Made by a program: the position numbers and the translations under genes. 40,069 nt of DNA, taken from assembly GCA_044236265.1 (NCBI GenBank), contig JBIIGV010000013.1, positions 1 through 40,069 of the forward strand, read 5' to 3'. Position 1 is the first letter of the stretch. Each line of letters opens with the position of its first letter. This document shows, in pieces, positions 19,190 to 28,811 of this stretch. The DNA is from Oligoflexales bacterium. GTDB lineage: Bacteria > Bdellovibrionota_B > Oligoflexia > Oligoflexales > RGVZ01. Under the pieces are notes generated by a model that did not search any database, was not told where the DNA came from, and was given only the letters and a program-made list of their open reading frames with translations.

Positions 19190-20952
19190 GGGCGAACCTC
19201 TGTTTGATTGGTTGACGCTTGATTTAAGGGCTTCGCATCGGACTCTTCAAGCGATATCGTCTCTATGAGAGATCGTACGTCACCGTAGCTGCCTGATCCA
19301 ATAATTCGCCCATCGCGCATAACCAAAACCTTGTCGCACGGCTCAAGAATGCTGACACGGTGCGACGCAATAAGAAGTGCCGACTTTGTCTCCAATAAGC
19401 TATGGATTAGGCGATGCTCTGTATCATGATCAACCGCCGACAACACATCATCGAGAATGATCATTTCAGCAGGCCTAAGTAATAATCGCGCAAGTGCTAA
19501 TCGCTGCTTCTGGCCTCCAGAAAGCTTAATTCCCTTTTCGCCGATTGGGGTGTCCCAAGTCTCTGGAAGGCGCATGATGTCATCGTAAACCTGTGCCATG
19601 CGTGTTGCTTTTTCAAGGCGTTCAGTAGAAGTGCTTTCATCAGGGAGTCCAAGGCAGAGGTTAGAGCGGACGCTTTCGCTGAATAGAAGTGGTTGCTGGA
19701 GCCCGTATGCGATTGAGCGTCGAACGTCTGATGGAGGCATTGTTAGGATACTTTTCCCGTTTAATAGGACCTCGCCTTGGCTGTGATCAATGAGCCGGGT
19801 GATGATGTTGAAAAGTGTTGATTTGCCGCATCCGATATTTCCAAAAATGCCAACGCGCTCTCCTGGTCTCACCGTGAAAGAAATCTCGGATAGGCAGGGG
19901 CGTCCATCCGGCCACGCAAAAGAGAGATTTTTCACCGCCAAAATAGTCTTTGTTGGAATTTGATCTGAGGCTTCTTGAATGTTTTTTGCATGCTCTGGAC
20001 TAAGTCCTGAGAGATCCTCCAGGCGTTCAGACGCTGGTTTGGCGCGTTGATAGACGTTTAAAATTATACCGAGGCTTGCGAATGGAAAGGTCAGCATGCC
20101 AATGTATATGTTGAACGCCATAATATCGCCGACTGAGAGTTGACCAGCGATAATTTGCTTACCGCCCCAAGCCAGAGTCGCAAACTGACTAAGGCCAATC
20201 AGAATTGTCATGACAGGCCAAATCAATGTTCTAATCCAGACTGTGCGGATATTTGCTTCGTAAATAGCCTCAGTGTCAGGTCTGGTTCGGCTAATCATCG
20301 CCGATTGGGCGTTCATCACTTGAATCATATGGGCTTGGGCAAACGTTTCAGAAATCTTACCGGTCAGACGTCCCATAGCCTCAGTGCTCTCGCGCATGGC
20401 TTTATACAGTCGCGGCATCATGACCTTGGTCAAAAGCAGCATGGGGATCATGGGAAAAATGGCCAACATCGTTAGCACGGGGTCGATGCTGGCCATCTTT
20501 GTCACTGTGAATATTGATATGAAAATAACGTTGAGGACCTGCAAGGCGCCAAATGCGAAAAATATTCGGAGTTGGGTGACGTCGTTATTAAGCCGGGACG
20601 TCAGGTCTCCAATTGAAAACGGCGCAAGAAGGCTCATGGGCACGCGCAGAATGTGAGTGAACACGTCATCTTTTATACTAGCTTCAAGGGTGCGGCCTGG
20701 CCAGAAGATGAGCATGCGGGACGCCGTGCGGATTAATACTTGCGTGAGCCCTAATCCGATAATGACTAATGATAGCGTTGTGTATGTACTTAGGGAGTTT
20801 CCGGTTGCTAATGCATTTATTATCTCTTTGGCGAGCTGTGGTATTTCCAGCACGATAATATTCGTCACGATCAGTGCCAGGGTTCCGCCGAGGTACCAAC
20901 GCCATTGGGGTGCCGCATATTTTTTTCCAAGGCGCTTAAGCGGGCTGCTCAT
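19186..20952 (-). CDS. ABC exporter, fused permease/ATPase (MdlA/TM287-like subunit)
   Basis: TM domain, GNIGCGKST, LSGGQKQR, degenerate Walker B IILDD. ATGA overlaps at both ends. Confidence 0.9.
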   Translation of the reverse strand: MSSPLKRLGKKYAAPQWRWYLGGTLALIVTNIIVLEIPQLAKEIINALATGNSLSTYTTLSLVIIGLGLTQVLIRTASRMLIFWPGRTLEASIKDDVFTHILRVPMSLLAPFSIGDLTSRLNNDVTQLRIFFAFGALQVLNVIFISIFTVTKMASIDPVLTMLAIFPMIPMLLLTKVMMPRLYKAMRESTEAMGRLTGKISETFAQAHMIQVMNAQSAMISRTRPDTEAIYEANIRTVWIRTLIWPVMTILIGLSQFATLAWGGKQIIAGQLSVGDIMAFNIYIGMLTFPFASLGIILNVYQRAKPASERLEDLSGLSPEHAKNIQEASDQIPTKTILAVKNLSFAWPDGRPCLSEISFTVRPGERVGIFGNIGCGKSTLFNIITRLIDHSQGEVLLNGKSILTMPPSDVRRSIAYGLQQPLLFSESVRSNLCLGLPDESTSTERLEKATRMAQVYDDIMRLPETWDTPIGEKGIKLSGGQKQRLALARLLLRPAEMIILDDVLSAVDHDTEHRLIHSLLETKSALLIASHRVSILEPCDKVLVMRDGRIIGSGSYGDVRSLIETISLEESDAKPLNQASTNQTEVRP

Positions 20953-21665
20953 TGGTTGCCGCCGAAAAATCTTTGCTCAATCAGCGCTGCTCTCTCCGTT
21001 AAGCTGGCACTGGGCCAAGCAGTCAGTTCACTCAGCTGTCCAGCTTCCAGGAGAATCGCGCGTGGACAAATCTGCGCCGCCAGCAACGGTGTATGAATGC
21101 TGACTAACGTTGTCTTGCCCCGTTTGGCGCGCTCGCCGATGGTGACTTCGAGCGTTCTGCTGTTTGAAATGTCCAAAGCATTGAATGGCTCGTCTAAAAT
21201 CAGAACGTCTGGATCGTGGACGAGGCTGACAGCCAACCCAATTCTTCGCTGCATGCCATGACTGGCTTTTGCCAGGGGTCGGTGGCGCCAACTAATGGCA
21301 TCCCATCGCGTAAGCTCACGTTCAACGAGAGCTTCGGGTTCTGCTAGGCCAAGTAAACGTGCCTCGTAAGACAATATTTCGTCAGCTGTGGTCCATGGGG
21401 GCAAGGATGATTCTTGAGGGAGATAGCCGACATGTTTCCTGAGGTCTGTTGCATCGGGACTCATTTTTTGCCCAAGGATCTTCAGTTCCCCGTCTTGTCT
21501 ATCGATTGACCCAGATAATAACTGAAAGAAAGTGCTTTTACCGGCGCCATTTTTACCAAATACGGCAATCGTCTCTCCCGGCTCAGCCGTAAAATTAATT
21601 GGGCCAAGCGTAAAGCCTGTGCTCCATGAACGTTTGAGGTTTATTGATTCAATGATATGCGCCAC
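20949..21665 (-). CDS. ABC transporter ATP-binding protein (EcsA/ABC-2-like)
   Basis: GKNGAGKST, GYLPQ, ASHGMQRR, LILDEP. Start GTG 21665 or TTG 21671 after GGAGG. Confidence 0.85.
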   Translation of the reverse strand: MAHIIESINLKRSWSTGFTLGPINFTAEPGETIAVFGKNGAGKSTFFQLLSGSIDRQDGELKILGQKMSPDATDLRKHVGYLPQESSLPPWTTADEILSYEARLLGLAEPEALVERELTRWDAISWRHRPLAKASHGMQRRIGLAVSLVHDPDVLILDEPFNALDISNSRTLEVTIGERAKRGKTTLVSIHTPLLAAQICPRAILLEAGQLSELTAWPSASLTERAALIEQRFFGGNQ

Positions 21666-22833
21666 GGGCAAATCGTCCTCCCTGGTAGCGGTGTGCTTCT
21701 CGGTGTAACAAGAACGTGAACGGTGCAATAATGGGAGCAGCAATCACTGCTGACCCAACAAAGACACTGATCAAGGTCATCAATATAATGTTCGTTGCAG
21801 GCTTTTTGCCATCAATTTGCATGACAAAAGCGGGGGCTAACCAAACAGGGAACGCTGCAAGAAAACCACTGATTAATATTGCTTTCAAAACTTTCTCGTC
21901 AAAAACGCCGCCCGTCATCGTAGTCCGGATAAGCGCGGCTAAGCAAAGGCAAACAATCGTGATTGCTAAGGTTTGTATCGCTATACGCGTGAAAATCCTT
22001 TGCCAGGACATGATCCATTCGAAGTGTGACACAGCAGCTTGTCTTTCGATCCAGGCTGTCTTCAAATCATCATCAACAACCAGCGGCACGATCCAAGCCA
22101 GAATGATGCCGCCAGATAATGACGCTAGATATGTCAGCTCCGCTGGTTGCTCTCGGATGATGGCGATCATAGCAAAAATAACTGGTAAGCCTGCTACCAG
22201 TCGCAATGTTGCTCCCGGTGCAGCGGGTTGGCTAAGGCGCGCCATCCGCCAAGCCACGAGCGGCGGAAGTCTGTAGTTTACGTTTGATCGATGGGGCGTT
22301 AGGTCGTTTTTACGGTTGATCGATGAACGGAAATCGTATCGGAGCGTATTGATGACCGGTAAGCTCAAGGCCAGCAACCAATGAACCCTGGTGAGTACAT
22401 CGAGATAACGATTTAGCAGCATGGCTGAAAGCCACAGTAAAATCATATTTAAGATGAAAGCAGCTAGACGTCTGAATTTGGCGATCCTGTTGTCTGTGAC
22501 GCCCCATTGGCTGAGCATGGCCAGCCAGTTGTCTGGATCACGGAGTTTCCTAGCCACGTAGTTGGCGATGATGAAAGAACAGAAACACAACGCCGCAGCG
22601 TTAAGATAGAAGAGTGAGGACTTCGCTAAGTTGGGGTCAATTTCCGGAAGTTTTTCTCTAAAAAAATCTCCAAAAATATAAATAAAAAGTGCAATAACCA
22701 CCGTTGTTGCGGCAGATGTTGTCAGGAAAGTCGCGGCTGATGCCTTCAATCGTCGAACTTCTTGGCGGAGCATGGGTACAAACGCGTCGGTCCAGAAATT
22801 CACGTCGTGAGCTGTATGAGTCTTGTTCGTCAC
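21649..22833 (-). CDS. Polytopic membrane protein, probable permease partner of the adjacent ATPase
   Basis: About 10 hydrophobic segments in two halves; overlaps the ATPase start. Confidence 0.65.
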   Translation of the reverse strand: MTNKTHTAHDVNFWTDAFVPMLRQEVRRLKASAATFLTTSAATTVVIALFIYIFGDFFREKLPEIDPNLAKSSLFYLNAAALCFCSFIIANYVARKLRDPDNWLAMLSQWGVTDNRIAKFRRLAAFILNMILLWLSAMLLNRYLDVLTRVHWLLALSLPVINTLRYDFRSSINRKNDLTPHRSNVNYRLPPLVAWRMARLSQPAAPGATLRLVAGLPVIFAMIAIIREQPAELTYLASLSGGIILAWIVPLVVDDDLKTAWIERQAAVSHFEWIMSWQRIFTRIAIQTLAITIVCLCLAALIRTTMTGGVFDEKVLKAILISGFLAAFPVWLAPAFVMQIDGKKPATNIILMTLISVFVGSAVIAAPIIAPFTFLLHREAHRYQGGRFARGAYH

Positions 22834-22853
22834 TAACTATCACTCCGTTTTGA

Positions 22854-23684
22854 TCAGGTGCCGGGATTCCACCTGAGCGATATTTCAGCTCCGATGCTAT
22901 CAGAAAATTCTGCAGATTTAAGATCATGATGTAGCGATGTCGTAACCGTGAACTTAGGTGTCGGATTTACCGAAAAAATGGCACTCGCATATCTGCGCAA
23001 AATCCAAGAATCGATGCCTTTGCTGGTTAAGTTAAGCCATTCCTGGGTGGCTCCGAATTTAAATGAGAGTGATTCGTTTTCCAGGCCGATAAGAAACTGC
23101 TTTGGAGCCTGCAGGTCAATCAAAAGCCCGTCGGCCCCTAAACGATACCAAGAAATTTCTGGTATTATCAGTGGAGCTTTACTGGAGCGATTTACGTAGT
23201 AAATGCCAGCCCATGATCTGGCGTAGTCTGAAGGGCGAAGCCGTAACCACGGCAAAGGTTTCAAAAGGTTTGCTGTTAAACGGGTCACCGCAGCAGGCTT
23301 TGCGTCAAATTGACCAAGACGCGCGATATCAATCCGCCATGCGGGATCTCCTTCGGGTGAGTGGTGCAAAAATCCAATTCCGAGTCTTTGATCCCGCGCT
23401 AGAGTGCGACTGTCATCATCGATGTTATCCAGATAACGAAGTGTCGCAAACGGCATAGACATCCCTGCACGTACGGGAATGGGAATATCAGCCTGGATAA
23501 ATCGCTCGTCAGTGAAGTGGTATGCCTTCACCTCGGTGGTGGTCGTTCTCCACCGCCTAGTGCCGACAACGGGCCCTGCCAGGGGCTCAATGGCTACTGC
23601 CAGGGACGAGACTGTGCACGATAACAGTAGTGCCAGGCCCCTACCAGAGAACATGTTTTGCAGCAAAGAATGTCGCGATTTCAT
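22854..23684 (-). CDS. Hypothetical exported protein, possible outer-membrane beta-barrel
   Basis: Signal peptide (..SSLAVA), amphipathic strands, C-terminal ISLRWNP. First gene of the ABC cluster. Confidence 0.5.
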   Translation of the reverse strand: MKSRHSLLQNMFSGRGLALLLSCTVSSLAVAIEPLAGPVVGTRRWRTTTTEVKAYHFTDERFIQADIPIPVRAGMSMPFATLRYLDNIDDDSRTLARDQRLGIGFLHHSPEGDPAWRIDIARLGQFDAKPAAVTRLTANLLKPLPWLRLRPSDYARSWAGIYYVNRSSKAPLIIPEISWYRLGADGLLIDLQAPKQFLIGLENESLSFKFGATQEWLNLTSKGIDSWILRRYASAIFSVNPTPKFTVTTSLHHDLKSAEFSDSIGAEISLRWNPGT

Positions 23685-23750
23685 AGTCGTCTATGCTACA
23701 TTGCGAGTGGAAATAATCAATAAACTTCCTTTGTTGCGGGAGTGTGAATT

Positions 23751-24413
23751 ATGAAGAAAATTGCGGTGATTTTGAACGGGTGTGGGCACAGGGATGGCTC
23801 TGAAATACATGAAGCTGTTTTGACCCTTTTGGCTATTGAAAATGCAGGAGCAACTTGGGAGGCTCTTGCTTTGAACAAACCGCAGGCGAGAGTTTTAAGT
23901 CATATTGATGGTCGACTGGAGGCGGACGAGCCGCCACGAAATATGCTGAAAGAGTCCGCCCGAATTGCTCGTGGAAGAATTCGAGATCTCCAGACGGCCA
24001 AAATTGATGACTATGCTGCAGTCATCATTCCGGGTGGTAATGGGACGGCTTCAAATTTGTGCGATTTTGCAGAGCAAGGTTCAAAGATGAGTGTGGTCCC
24101 CGAAGTGACCAAGTTTCTTGAGGCCGCCCAAAATAAAGGCAAGCCGATTGGAGCTGTGTGTATTGCTCCCATCATGCTTGCGAAGGTTTTCGGGGGTAAG
24201 GGCGTGCAATTAACCTTGGGTTCTAGCGAAGGTGATGCGGCAAATGCTGCGCGGGCTCTCGGTGCTAGTGTCGTCGCTTGCAAGGCGACCGAGTGTGTCG
24301 TCGATTCCAAGCTAAAAATCGTCACAACGCCCGCTTACATGCTAGATGCTGGTGTGGCTCAGGTCAGTGAGGGTATTGCCAAATTAGCTAAGGAAGTCGT
24401 TAGCCTTAGTTGA
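23751..24413 (+). CDS. elbB: Glyoxalase ElbB / ES1 family (DJ-1/PfpI superfamily)
   Basis: KKIAVILNGCGHRDGSEIHE, ESARIARG, PGG, GAVCIAP, VTTPAYM. Confidence 0.93.
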   Translation: MKKIAVILNGCGHRDGSEIHEAVLTLLAIENAGATWEALALNKPQARVLSHIDGRLEADEPPRNMLKESARIARGRIRDLQTAKIDDYAAVIIPGGNGTASNLCDFAEQGSKMSVVPEVTKFLEAAQNKGKPIGAVCIAPIMLAKVFGGKGVQLTLGSSEGDAANAARALGASVVACKATECVVDSKLKIVTTPAYMLDAGVAQVSEGIAKLAKEVVSLS

Positions 24414-24537
24414 TCAATCACAACATTAGCCTTCAGATTTTTCAGACTGCTTCGGTCGCCCAGATCGGGTGGCTAGCTATATCATGATTGAGTTTCTGGT
24501 GAGTTCATTTTTCAGATGATTAACAAGGAGATCAAAC

Positions 24538-24933
24538 ATGAGACGCAATCTATTTTTAATTACGATGTCATTGGGTTTATCCTCACCCGCGTTCAGCGCG
24601 GTGCCTGATTATGCAGGCTGCGCCGAGCAGGACTATGTTACTTTGGCGGGCCCAAGTGTAACAATCGAGGTCCAAGGGTCTGGATATTCTCCTGCGTGCT
24701 TGAAGATTAAAAAAGGCACTGAAGTCACGATTCCTGCCAGTAAAAAACACCCCCTGCAGGGCGCTCGTGATTTCGGCGGGGTCGCAAATCCGATCACAAG
24801 TAATGAGGGTGAGCATTTACGAGACCAAGTGGTCTCTTTGAATGATGTTGGTTTTTACGGTTACTACTGCACAAAGCATGGTGACGCTGAATCTGGGGAC
24901 GGCATGGCCGGAATGATTTGGGTCGTTGAATAA
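24538..24933 (+). CDS. Periplasmic cupredoxin (plastocyanin/azurin-like blue copper protein)
   Basis: Signal peptide, His (KHPLQ) and YYCTKH-x8-M (GMAG) type-1 copper ligands. RBS AAGGAG. Confidence 0.85.
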   Translation: MRRNLFLITMSLGLSSPAFSAVPDYAGCAEQDYVTLAGPSVTIEVQGSGYSPACLKIKKGTEVTIPASKKHPLQGARDFGGVANPITSNEGEHLRDQVVSLNDVGFYGYYCTKHGDAESGDGMAGMIWVVE

Positions 24934-25010
24934 TAGCCAGTTTTTGATTTGAGGCCTTAATTTGGTGGGCCAATGCTCGCGGGTGTATTAAACTTCTATT
25001 CTCATGCTTC

Positions 25011-26825
25011 ATGATGGGGTTTAAAGTGACGACTCTCGCGAGCAAGTTTTACGCTGGACGATTTGCAGAGATCATTTCAGAAAAAATTGATGGCCCATCT
25101 ATTCCAGGCTTTGATGCGTCGACATCCGTTTACCTCATTGGATCCTTGTCGTTTTTGTCCCGCATCAATGAGGCCGAGGCTCTTTTCGCTAAGTACCGTC
25201 AGCACATGACAGATCAAGAACGTTTCGAATCAGCCTATTACGTGGCCACAGCTCTTCGTCGTGAGCGTCGTCGTACGTCGACGGCCAAAGCGAAAGCGAT
25301 GCTGATTGATATGGTACGTGAATTACGACGCTTGGGGGCTCGTGATCATCGGATGGAATTTTTTCTTTATTGTGGCATCGCGTTTCATCGGTATATCGAT
25401 GGGCGTTTTGATCTTGCGCTTTCTTGGTCGCAACGAGCCTACGACAGTGCGTTTAGTGCTGGGTTCCCATTTGGGCGTTTAGTGGCTTACGATATGATAG
25501 GGCATAGTCAGCTCATTGTTGGTCAAATACGCGCTGGGCTTAAGAATCTCGAGTCTTCTGCATTGATTGCCGAGTCGCTGGGGCAGGGTGCTATCAGGCA
25601 GGCTGTCGATGTGGCGTCACGATTGTATAAATCGACCTATGGTATGGGCCGGGCCAAAGATCTACTGGATGATCTTGAAGGCGCCATCCGTGCCTGTGCC
25701 TTTGAAAATAGTTACACTCTCGCCAGTCTTTATATTGAAAAAGCCCGCTTGCAAATTCTTTCTGGCGACGGTCATTTGGCAGAACATTCGCTTCGTGAGG
25801 CGGGAGAGTGGGTTTATCGGCTGGATATTCCATTTTTGGACGCTCATTTGTCGTTTCGCTTTGCGCATCTATCGTATTTACAGGGAGACTATTCCAAGGC
25901 TCTCGACTTGATTAGGGCGGCAAAAAATAGAGCTTCAGACGCGCAATCAGCAAGCATTACGGTTGGTATTCTTGGTTTGGAGCGTCGGATATTAAGAGCT
26001 CTTAACCGCGAAGACGATGCAGACGCACTAGTAGCAGAAGTCAGAGATTTGGGAAAAAAATCCGGTCAGATTATCTCGCAGCGGATCAATTGCCGCGAGG
26101 GGATCACGGTCTATTCCGTCGTGAGACACGGGGAGGATTTACTGGGCGATCTTTTGGATGACATCCAGAAAAACGCGCTAGATGTGCGACCTCGGGTGAT
26201 TAAATCAGGATTCTTAGGTTTGCTACCGAGTATGGTCGGCGTTTCGCAGTACAGTGATAGTTTGATATTCGGTTTTGACGGTGAATCTGTGACGATCATT
26301 ACCAAAGGCTTTGTCCGCCATGATCGCGATGGTTGGCCAGATCTCATGCGTAAATTATTCCTGGCATTCGCAGAGTCTCGGCAGCTGAACAAAGAAGACA
26401 TCGCCGAAAAAGTTTGGCGCCAAACATATAATCCCACCCGACACGATCCTTTGATTTATGCGCTGATGGCGCGCGTGCGAAAAACCCTGGAACACTGTGA
26501 GCACTGGCTTCAGACCACAGATGGTGTCTATCGCCTTCTCGATAGCGTTGTTATAAAAGATGTGACCCGAGATTCCAAAACGCCTCTAGAAACATCACCA
26601 TCAGGTCCTCGATTAGGTGCTGATCTGATTCCAGCTGACGTAAGCATCCGGCAAGCAAAAATACTCGAGATTTGTTTGAGTCGGGGGTCAATCTCCAATC
26701 GCGACGTCTGTGATCTGTTTCAAGTGTCAGAGGTTACGGCTGGACGTGATCTGGCTGATCTCGCCGAGAAGGGCCATCTTCGCCGGGTTGGTAAAGGACG
26801 AGCAACGTCTTACACAAAAGTGTAA
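25011..26825 (+). CDS. Putative transcriptional regulator: TPR-like helical region, OmpR-like winged helix and C-terminal DeoR-like HTH
   Basis: 'KEDIAEKVW..YNP..IYALMARVRK..GVYRL' and 'ISNRDVCDLFQVSEVTAGRDLADLAEKG..VGKGR'. Confidence 0.75.
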   Translation: MMGFKVTTLASKFYAGRFAEIISEKIDGPSIPGFDASTSVYLIGSLSFLSRINEAEALFAKYRQHMTDQERFESAYYVATALRRERRRTSTAKAKAMLIDMVRELRRLGARDHRMEFFLYCGIAFHRYIDGRFDLALSWSQRAYDSAFSAGFPFGRLVAYDMIGHSQLIVGQIRAGLKNLESSALIAESLGQGAIRQAVDVASRLYKSTYGMGRAKDLLDDLEGAIRACAFENSYTLASLYIEKARLQILSGDGHLAEHSLREAGEWVYRLDIPFLDAHLSFRFAHLSYLQGDYSKALDLIRAAKNRASDAQSASITVGILGLERRILRALNREDDADALVAEVRDLGKKSGQIISQRINCREGITVYSVVRHGEDLLGDLLDDIQKNALDVRPRVIKSGFLGLLPSMVGVSQYSDSLIFGFDGESVTIITKGFVRHDRDGWPDLMRKLFLAFAESRQLNKEDIAEKVWRQTYNPTRHDPLIYALMARVRKTLEHCEHWLQTTDGVYRLLDSVVIKDVTRDSKTPLETSPSGPRLGADLIPADVSIRQAKILEICLSRGSISNRDVCDLFQVSEVTAGRDLADLAEKGHLRRVGKGRATSYTKV

Positions 26826-26862
26826 AACACACCGAAAATCAGGTTAGGAAGCCTCTAAGAGT

Positions 26863-27390
26863 CTAATGGCGGCGAACGCGGATAATGCCGATCGGCTCAT
26901 GGGATAGGGCTGTCTGTGCTTGCTTGATGTGAGCAATTTTTTCGGGAGTTATTTCAGGTCTTGACTGTAAGTATTGATCTGCTGACTGGATATCTAGGGG
27001 AAAAAGGCCACTATCGTTTTTACCGTAAGTCATGACGCAATCGAATGCAGTCGCGTCCCCGTTGCATTTTGCGATCGCCGAAGGATCACCGCTGGAATTC
27101 ACAGAATCGTTGGTAGACAAATTCCAAGCCTCACCATCAAAAGAGCCGATCAGTAAAAATCGTTTGGGATTTTGCCCGTCTAATTCTTTGGGCAATTTGT
27201 AATCCAAAGAAGCTGACTCTCCGTTGAGTTGGAGCTTGGCTTTGTTCAAACTTACGATCAAAGGGCTTTCCAGAAACTCACCGGATGGGACCTCATAAGT
27301 CATGGATGAGCTGTCTTTGGCGTCTAGTTGTGTTGAGGCGAGTAATATGGTGGAGACAAAGATGACGGCTTGTAGCGGTTGTTTGAGCAT
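26863..27390 (-). CDS. Hypothetical secreted protein
   Basis: RBS GGAGG, signal peptide (..STQLDA), one Cys pair. Confidence 0.65.
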   Translation of the reverse strand: MLKQPLQAVIFVSTILLASTQLDAKDSSSMTYEVPSGEFLESPLIVSLNKAKLQLNGESASLDYKLPKELDGQNPKRFLLIGSFDGEAWNLSTNDSVNSSGDPSAIAKCNGDATAFDCVMTYGKNDSGLFPLDIQSADQYLQSRPEITPEKIAHIKQAQTALSHEPIGIIRVRRH

Positions 27391-27524
27391 TTACGTTTAC
27401 CTCCACGTGTTATGATCTCCTGATCGTCAGGGATTTACAACGGCTTGAGCAACTTGCAAACTATTTTCTGTTGCGTCAATTTGACCTTCTTAATAATCCA
27501 ATCAAATCCCATCATCCTTTTACG

Positions 27525-27552
27525 TCAATGTTTGTGGAGCCCTGTCCGACAC
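27525..27552 (+). promoter_or_regulatory. sigma28-like promoter (weaker match)
   Basis: TCAA-N16-TCCGACAC upstream of the 27611 lipoprotein. Confidence 0.35.
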
Positions 27553-27610
27553 CTCGCTACGTTAGGCATACTGGCAATGGTTGCCAAATAGGGCCTTAAG
27601 GAGGTTTAAA

Positions 27611-28114
27611 ATGATGATTAAAGCACGAGTTTTAATGGTTTCAGTAATGGCAATGGGGATGATGACCCTTAGTGGCTGTGGTCGGGACACGTCCTTTGAC
27701 AGTTTGGATGGATTTGGCCTTGGCGGTGGGCGCGATGACCGGCAGGCTGGACGGCATGGTGAGAACGAGTCTTCAGATGATCATGGTAGGGGGCGACACA
27801 GTGATGATGACGATGATTCCGATCGTCAGGACCGTAATCGCATTCAATCTCCAGGTGACCAGATCGCGGCCCGTGGGTCGACGGTAGATCTGTTGATCAA
27901 AAAAACTCGCTCAGGAGATGATGATGTCTATTCCTTCAGTGCGGTTGGTCTACCACAGGGCTTGGCCATCGATCCAGTGTCGGGTCGTATATCTGGGGTT
28001 GTTTCGGCGTCAGCGATCACATCTCAGGTGACAGTCACCGCGATGAAGCGTAGTGGAAGCGGAACTCACATGGATCTTTATAGCGTGAAGTTCGCATGGG
28101 TCGTAACAGAGTGA
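27611..28114 (+). CDS. Lipoprotein with D/H/R-rich low-complexity segment and He_PIG-like Ig domain
   Basis: RBS AGGAGG, lipobox LSGC, 'YSFSAVGLPQGLAIDPVSGRISG' typical of putative Ig domains. Confidence 0.75.
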   Translation: MMIKARVLMVSVMAMGMMTLSGCGRDTSFDSLDGFGLGGGRDDRQAGRHGENESSDDHGRGRHSDDDDDSDRQDRNRIQSPGDQIAARGSTVDLLIKKTRSGDDDVYSFSAVGLPQGLAIDPVSGRISGVVSASAITSQVTVTAMKRSGSGTHMDLYSVKFAWVVTE

Positions 28115-28126
28115 CCTGAGCTAAAT

Positions 28127-28160
28127 AAAGAGCGCACCACATTTGGTGGCGCGCTCTTTT
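28127..28160. terminator. Rho-independent terminator between convergent genes
   Basis: AAAGAGCGC..ACCA-catt-TGGT..GCGCTCTTTT. Confidence 0.75.
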
Positions 28161-28180
28161 CGTTTCTCACAAGAGATAAT

Positions 28181-28513
28181 TTACTTTAAACAGCCAGCTT
28201 TACTGAATTCATTTTCAAGGTTGACTTGTTGATCTGTGCAGACCAATCCATATCGCCAAAGATCATGCTTTCCGAAATCTTGTTCGCTCCAAATAATTTC
28301 CAACGGAATCTGGCGCTCGCCAATGATCAAGGACGCTTTGCTACCAACGGAAAACTGAGCAGAACATATGACCCCCATACCATGGGAACTGACGTCCAGA
28401 GGTTTCACGTCAACATCTTTACTGTTGACGACGAGTCTTCCGGGCAAAAGACCCGTTAGTCGCTTCCGCTCACTGAGCCGGCGCTCTTTAAGTTTCAGTT
28501 GATATGCTGGCAT
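28181..28513 (-). CDS. PilZ-domain protein
   Basis: RLSER (RxxxR), DVSSHG, terminal YGLVC. ATG 28513 after GGGAGG. Confidence 0.8.
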   Translation of the reverse strand: MPAYQLKLKERRLSERKRLTGLLPGRLVVNSKDVDVKPLDVSSHGMGVICSAQFSVGSKASLIIGERQIPLEIIWSEQDFGKHDLWRYGLVCTDQQVNLENEFSKAGCLK

Positions 28514-28583
28514 GACACCATCCTCCCGTACAAGCTCGACTACAACCGTCAAGATAACTCCGCGCAACTACTTACAAGGGATG

Positions 28584-28610
28584 CCATCGGCAAAAGGGCC
28601 TCAAGACTGA
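28584..28610 (-). promoter_or_regulatory. sigma28/FliA-like promoter
   Basis: Minus strand TCAG-N15-GCCGATGG upstream of the PilZ gene. Confidence 0.5.
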
Positions 28611-28811
28611 GAAAATCAGTTAAGCTCAATAAATACAGTGATTTACATTGATAATTGGGTCGTCGCTTCTGGGCGTCAAATAGTGGCCATCAGCACTCCA
28701 GGGGAGTCTTCTCAGCTTTTAGGGGCGGAATTGGTTCATTAGCCCAATTTTTGTACAATATTATTAGGAGATTCGAGCACTCACCAAGTTTCTCAAACCG
28801 GGAGGTTTAGT

